Source: Rhizaria sp. SCN 62-66 (taxonomy: Eukaryota). Taken from it: 51,793 bases of DNA. The DNA is taken from positions 1-51,793 of the forward strand of contig MEDY01000207.1 of NCBI GenBank assembly GCA_001724265.1, given 5' to 3'. This document shows positions 45,039 to 51,793 of this stretch, piece after piece. The stretch's first letter is position 1. Each line of letters opens with the position of its first letter. A program made the position numbers and the translations under genes. The notes below the pieces were generated by a model. That model was given only the letters and a program-made list of their open reading frames with translations, did no database searches and was not told the origin of the DNA.

Positions 45039-48000
45039 GCGCTACGAATAGCTCCACGAACGGGTTTTTGAAAGAATATATTATAATTTTAGAGAGAGGT
45101 AGAGGTAAGACATTGCTTATGAAGGCCAGTTACACATGTGAGGCAGTCACCGAGATGATTGCATGAGATAAGAATCAGAGTTCGATGGAGCTGTGACCCT
45201 TATGTACAAATATAATACACTTGAAACATACGCGAAACACAATTGTTATTTTAGTCGACGTTGATTATATAGCAGGACATTTTGAAAATGGCGACGTCAA
45301 CAACTCAAAATAGTTTGTGGTCCGTTGGCTTTGCTCACAGTCACCACCCAAGGTGCCCGCCCGCTTTGACCGACGGTGTCCGTCCGGTGGGGTCCGGGGT
45401 GAGCTCCGCCTTCGTCTATTTGTGCGGTCATCGAGCGTTTGAGTTTGATTTATGCGGAGTAAAGCAGTGGGACTACTATTGGGTTTACTTGTTAATTAGT
45501 TGGGAGCGTGGTTCCTGTTCAATTGACCCTGGTATTCATCAAGTCTCGAAGGACCGTTCCGTCTGTGGTGACCCCACTTCGGCAGCTCCTGTCCCCGGCC
45601 TCAGCCGCCCTCCAGGGCTATGCTGTCCCAGAATTCCCCAGCTCAACTTATTGCTCGTGCACGTATCTTCTATGCGCCGCTGTAACGCGCCTTCTGTCGC
45701 GAGTTTGCTTGCGCCAGAGCCCGCGCTGCGCCAGTGCCTAGAGGGGATACTGTAGTTGCTGCCACCCGTTGAGCGCGCTCTCCAACCTCTGTGCTCCCGC
45801 ACAGAGGCCAGTCGTTTGCTTACGACGCGATTACGCACCAAGAGCTGCTGATCAGTACGCCTCATCGAGTTGTGCGGCTCTCACTACCGCTTTTCCACCC
45901 GCTTTGTCATACGCTTTGCGCTTTCGCGATCTCTTGCTTGTTCTCGCTTTTGTTTTGCTTCTGCGACCGCCACCGCTGCCGCTACTCGCTAGCTGCGACT
46001 GCATCTTGTCATAACTTCTGCTGCTATGCACCCAGCTTTGTCATTGTTGCCGCTTCCGTCTTTGCTCGCGTCATCGAGTCTAACCCACTCGTTGCTTCGT
46101 GCATGATCATTTGCGTTGCGCCACTGCCATGGTTGATGTTGTTGCTGTATGAGCTGTGAGCTGTGACTTGCTGTTGTTGTGCTTCCGATATTGCTGCTAC
46201 TGCCGTTGTCTCAGTTTGCTCATTTGAGCGTGCGTGCTTGTTTCTTCGCGTTTGCGGTTGCTCCCGGCGTTGTGTGTGCTGTATAAGCGTTGGCTGCCGC
46301 TGTCTCATGTGTGTTGCTCTCGACTGCAGTTGTTGCCTGCTCATGTTATCGCACTGTGGCACAGTTAAGTTAGTGTTGCTTACGTTGCTCTAGTCTATTA
46401 CAACTCAGTATAGCACATCGCAGTGCGTTTCAGTGTCATATCGTGCGACACAGTGTAGTTTTATGCAGCTTTCGGCTGCATATGCGACACTGCGTTGCCT
46501 TGTTCGACGTTGGAGCGCAATGCGTTGTGCCACGCTGTGTTGTTAGTGTCGAGTAGTGGTTGTTGGTCTGTTGTTATTATTGCTATTCTCCTATTTGTTG
46601 CCCTTGGTTGGTGCACTATTCGCGTACATGCTACACACAAGTGACACAGCCGTTTGCAAGCAACCTGTTTATCAAACTTGTTGATCTTCCTGCGGCATGT
46701 TGTTCTTTGTGTGTTGTTTTGTATTGCGTGCTGGTTGGTTGGTTCATCATAGTGGGGTTTAGCCACTGTTTGTGTCACTTGCTGTTTTCATTGATTTGAT
46801 CACACCAAAACGACGGATGCAGAGGTCTAGGCTCCATGAAAGATAGCAAAGCAAACTAAAGAAGACAAAGAAGCGAAGAAAGAAAGAAAAACATCCCGTT
46901 CCTCCTCTCAACACTGAGCACTGTCGCTAGTACTCCGTATTGCTGTTCATTATGTCGTCTAAACCACGACAGGAACACTACGATGCCTGCGACTCAAAAA
47001 CACACTTCTCATAACGCACTGGCACGCGCTTTCACACGCTTTGACACGCACTCAGTTCGCACATGTTGTCGCGATTGCTGTTTGTTTTGTCGCCGCTGTT
47101 TGGGTGCCGCCACTGTTGTCCTCGTTCCTTATCGTGTCGTACTCGTTAACTCGCAGTTTTCACTTGCAGCGGCTCACACCGTATTTACAGCATTCCAGCG
47201 TGTTCTCTTACTCCTGGCCACACTTAGCACAGTCGGTGCAAGTGCCTCTCGACCCATTGCGAGTCATGGCCGCACGCACCGCTACTCTGTCACCGCCGTA
47301 GCGGCACCTGCACTGGCGCTCACAGTCCGCTCACCGCCCTTCGACCCGTACGTCCCCGCCCAGTGCCCCACAGCACTGCGCATGACAGCGCTCCACAGCT
47401 TCTGCACTGCACGGCTCCGCACAGCGCTGCCGTGTCTGCGCACTGCTGCCGTGCCCTTGTTCCTGATTACCAAGACATTTCTCCCCCGTTCCCCCAAACA
47501 CACATATCCCCGTTCCTCCAATTTCTTTCTCTCTATGTTTCTCTATCATCGCCACTAGTTAGCAGTAGCCAGCCAAGCCATGAGTCACGAACAGCAGCAG
47601 CAGCAAATTAGCAGCAATACGCAGTAGTTCTCGCCAACAGCAACCGCAGCAGTAAGCGCTGAGCTGGGATACTTAGCTGGGGTACTTCGACGGGATTTCT
47701 TGCATTCTTGGGTTAGTTATTGATTGAACAAGAGATTTGGCTCAGAGCAGTAGCATCAGCATCATCAACAAGATTAACTTTAGCAATTGATTTGCGAGGG
47801 TTGTGATTGCGTTTGTTGTGTTTGTAGCTGTTTTGGTCTGAGTCTTTGCCCAGCTTCTTTTGCCACGCTTGCGATCTCGGCGTGTTACTTGCACATCTAA
47901 GATGTTCAGCAAGAAATATTTCGACTTTGTGTGCGTGACTGAGGGAAAAGGACGGAACCACTGAGCTTACACTTTGAATTTAAAGTGTATTCTCCGTTTT

Positions 48001-48933
48001 GACGCAGTCACATTTTCACCTGTCATTGTACACTTTCATTTGTTGGAGGTGTACGTGCAGGTGTGTTTGTTTCTGCGGTCGCTTTACTCGGAATTGACGG
48101 TGCTGTTATCTTTTGATGCCTAAATGAGAGAGAAAACAAAACAAAACGTGTGACTTTGTGTCGACGTTTGACGCACGCACGGTGTGTGCGGATACGTTTT
48201 CTTCTTAAATCGTGACAACAAAGCATTCTGGCCCTATAATAACAAGACGACGACAAGAAAAGCAGCCTTAACGTTCAACACCAACAACAAAAACAAGAAG
48301 AATCAGCGCCATTCACAAGAAGCATAGTGTATAAGCATAATGCTCTTTGTTGATGTGCAGGTTTTCCCGCTGGTTCCCGTTCCCTCACAGCAATCACTGT
48401 TTGCAACAAGGATTCACAGCAACGATCATACTAGCACTCACGCAATTCTTGCCACAAGCACGTACAGTTTTAGTTTCATCTCTAGATCATGCTGTTCGTG
48501 ACAATCTTTGCGTTTCTGCGTCTATTCGTGTTGTGACTGTTATTGTAACGGTGACGCTGTCGCAGCCGCTTTGCACCGCTCCCTGGCACTGCCTCCGCCT
48601 CAGTCTCGACTGCTTGGTTGTTGTGCCCGTGCGAGTGCGTTGCTTGCTGTAGCGCTCGCGCTGACTTGCTGTTCCCACCAAAACTCAAATGAGACTCAAG
48701 CTCAAGCTCTTTACTGTTCACATAGGGAACCACACAGGCATCATTCTTTCCAACTTTTTCGCTCACGCCTTCATTTGTCATTGTGTTTTGCCTATACTCT
48801 TGCTCCGCTTTAGTCACGTTGCTCTGCCACAGTCATTTGTACTTGTGACCAACTGACTGACTGCCTGACTCCCCCTCTCTCCACTAACCGCGCCGTGTTG
48901 GTCGCCACACTAACACTTGCACCACGATTTGCA

Positions 48934-50883
48934 ATGAACTCCCTTAAGGTCGAGTACGGCCCTGCCCAGGCCTTCCCCATGACCAACGCCGCCAGTAACA
49001 CCAACTCTGGTGTCGTCAGCGCGAGCGCGAGCGCGTTGCCGACCGCCGCGACGGCCGCCGCGGTGCCCGAGTCCGTGCAGAAGGCCCGCGCGCTGTCGGA
49101 CTTCTGCCGGACCGCGCTCACGGCAGGCGGCGCGCCTTACTCAGAGCTCCTCAAGCTCCTCACTGGTACGTGAGTGTCACTTGTGACATTTGTTCACACA
49201 TTCTTGCAATTGCACACCATAAAATGCGCAGACTAGGATTTATTTTCGGTATATTATCTCTCAACATATTTTTCAGATATCATTTTATTTATACTTAGCT
49301 CCGTTCAAATCTCATATGCTTTTTGTTCCTTAATTTCTGTTTATTTTCACAGGCAAGAACACCGCTGCGCTGAGCACACGCTCCGTGCTCATCACCAAGT
49401 CATCCTCTCTGGAGCGCCTTTTCCTTGCGCTGTCATCCAACTCGTCCTCCTTCTCCCCGTCCTCGCACGAGGGCCTGACGACGCTGCTGCGATCGTACCC
49501 CATCTCGCAGCACCCCGTCTCGACGACGCGCGCCTGGTGCCGCCTCATGGTCAACCTGTCGCTGGCCAGCGCGCGCTACGCGCACGACACGATCACGGCG
49601 CTCGTGCGCGGCTTCACAGACCCGGTGCTGATGGCGCGCGTCGAGCAGGAGCTGACCGAGGACGACGCCGCCGCCGCCGCGCTCAACGCCGGCGTCAGCC
49701 TCGACGACGTCACCTCTGCCTCGTCAGACCTGGACCTGGCCACTACCGAGACCGAGACCGAGACCGAGGACAGCGACGCTGACTCGGGCACCGAGTCGAC
49801 CAAGGCTAAGGCCATGAACGACGACTCCGACGACGGCAACGACGCCAAGAGCGCCAATGCCAGTGCGAGCGCTGTCTCGAGCAAGCAGCGCCGCTTGGAG
49901 GAGAAGAAGGCCCGCGCCACCGATCGCGCCGCCGCGCGCGCGGCCCGCGCGGCCCGGCGCGCCTCGCAGCGCGCGGCGCGGCAGCAGCTGCGCGCGTACA
50001 CGGCCGCTGTGACTGCCGCGGCGGCGTCGCAGGCGCCCGCGCGCGTGAGCCAGGCGCATGACGTGCTGCGCGAGGCGCTGCTAGAGCTGGTGGACCTCAT
50101 GCCCACGGCGACGTCGCTGCTGGGCGACATCCTCGTCGCTGAGTTCCCGTCGTCCTTCGTCGGCGGCGGCGGCGCGACGGCGCTGACGGTGAGCAACGTT
50201 TACGTCCGCAACCTGCTGGTAGTGTCGGAGCGCGTGGCCGTGGTGCGCGACCGCGTGATCACGGCCATCGTCGAACGCATCCTCGAGCTCGACGTCGAGG
50301 TCGACTGCCTGCCCATCGCGGCAGCCGCGGCGGTGCGGCCCATGCACGTCGCCGCGCTCGAGAAGGAGTACCTCAACACGGCCAGCGCCAGCGCCAGCGC
50401 GGCTGCGGCTGCGAGCGACGGCAGCGACAGCGACGCCGCGAGCAGCAAGAGCAAGAAGAGCAAGAAGAAGCAGGCCGCCTGCGACGACAGCGACGCCGAC
50501 GCCGGCTTCGAGGCCGACACGGAGGCCGGCGCGGAGGCGACGCTGGGCAGCCTGTCGAAGCGCGCGCGCGCGGCCCGCATCTCGGTCGCGTCATCGGCGG
50601 CGACGCGCCACCACGCGCTCGTGCGCTGGCTGGGCGGGCTCAAGGTCCGCGTCCTGGGCGTCGCCGCGCCTTCCGCCGGCACCGCCGCCGCCGGCACCGG
50701 TCCGGCCGGCGCCGCCGCGGCCGCCGCGGGGTCCGGGCAGGCCGAGAGCGCGGCCGCCAAGGCGATGCAGGGACTTGTGCCCATGTCGCTGCGCAGGCTG
50801 CGGCGCCTCGTCGCGGGCCCGCCCTCGACCGCCTCCGCCACCATCGTCAGCACCAGCAACAGCGCTGCCGCAGCTGCTGCTAC

Positions 50884-50916
<33 letters not shown>

Positions 50917-51793
50917 AGGTCTTAGCACCTCTGGCCCCGCTGCCGCTGGGAGCGTGGGCGCGGGCGCGGCGGCCGTGGCCCCGTCGCCGCTGCTGCGCGC
51001 CGCCGCGACGCCCGCGGACGCGCTCGTGGCCGCGGGCGCGCTGGGCGGCAACATGGGCTCGCTCGCCCAGCTCGTCTATGGCGGCCCCGCGGCCATTGGC
51101 GCCACGGGCGCCGCGGGCTCTGCGGCCCACGGCCACGGCTCGGGCGCCGGGTCCCCTTCGCTGTCGCCGGCCTTCACCGCCGCCGCCGCCCGCCATAGCC
51201 ACGGCCACGGGCACGGCCACTATTACAGCGCCCACGGGCACGCTGCGAACGCCGCCGCCGCCTCTGCCACTGCTGCCGCTGCAGCGCAGGGCGCTGGCGC
51301 GGGCGCGGGCAGCGGCAGCGGGCACAACTCGCCGGTGATGGCGCCCGCCGCGGCCGCCGCGGCTGCCACCGCCTTCACGACGGGCCTGCGCCTGGGCACA
51401 GTGCCCGCGGTCGCGCTGCCGCCCGCGGCCGCCGCCTTTCTCGCCAGCGTCTACCCCTCGTCTTCGTCCTCCAACGCCGGCGCCGCCGCGGTGGGCAAGC
51501 ACACCTCGGGCTCGAGCTCTTCTAGCTCCAGCCCCACCGCCGACTCGAGCTCTAGCGTGAGCCCTAGCGCTGACGCAGCTTCCCCCGCGACTGCCTCCGC
51601 GACTGCGCCCGCGACAGCGCCGCTGAGCGCGGCCGACCGCGCGCTGCGCCGCGACGCCGACACGGAGCTGACTGTGCTGCTGTCCCCGGACACCGCGGCA
51701 GTGGCGACGACGGCGGCCCGCTTGCGCGGCGCCGCCGACGCGCGCCTCCGCCGCGGCGCCGCCAGCGCCGCCCGCGCCCAGCGCCGCGCCGCG
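48934..51793 (+). CDS. RRN3: RNA polymerase I initiation factor RRN3 (TIF-IA), 3' part outside window. Exons 48934-49165, 49353->51793
   Basis: Open frame to the window end: LMVNLSLASARY...LVRGF; AHDVLREALLELVDLMPTA..LL..IL..EFP; YVRNLL...VRDRVITAIVERILELDVE. Start uncertain (48934 or 48979). Confidence 0.8.

Noticed and set aside
46075-46095. CTAACCC as a possible telomerase RNA template
   Set aside because: Less than 1.5 telomere repeats (CTAACCCAC), so expected by chance.
808-51693. Many long antisense and alternate-frame ORFs (e.g. 8758-10608 +, 12746-14446 -, 31161-32534 +, 43221-44945 -)
   Set aside because: Shadow ORFs expected from high-GC codon bias opposite real genes; no recognisable motifs.

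Overview
Gene-dense genomic DNA of a GC-rich unicellular eukaryote (lineage not determinable here). Exons are GC-rich; introns (GT-AG, ~130-340 nt) and spacers are AT-rich. I reconstruct 16 protein genes by hand splicing: RPS26 (partial), a delta-9 fatty acid desaturase, RPS2, a multipass membrane protein, POLA1, glutamyl-tRNA synthetase, a signal peptide + KDEL SAM-methyltransferase, PCIF1/CAPAM, a transcription-type cyclin, WDR75/UTP17, a proline-rich protein, NUP85, SURF6/RRP14, a twin CX9C protein, a type I surface protein and RRN3 (partial). There is also a candidate intronic box C/D snoRNA. The most striking signal is an in-frame UAG inside the otherwise intact methyltransferase gene, while none of the 14 complete genes ends in UAG. 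This points to UAG recoding (reassignment, readthrough or editing), although a nonsense allele or sequencing error cannot be excluded. Other signals: a GTACGY splice-donor consensus, acceptor AGs just before most start codons, a shared ribosomal-protein promoter motif, a Pol alpha lacking its N-terminal region and second Zn site, and a 3.8 kb ORF-free region. All family assignments come from motif recognition, not database searches.
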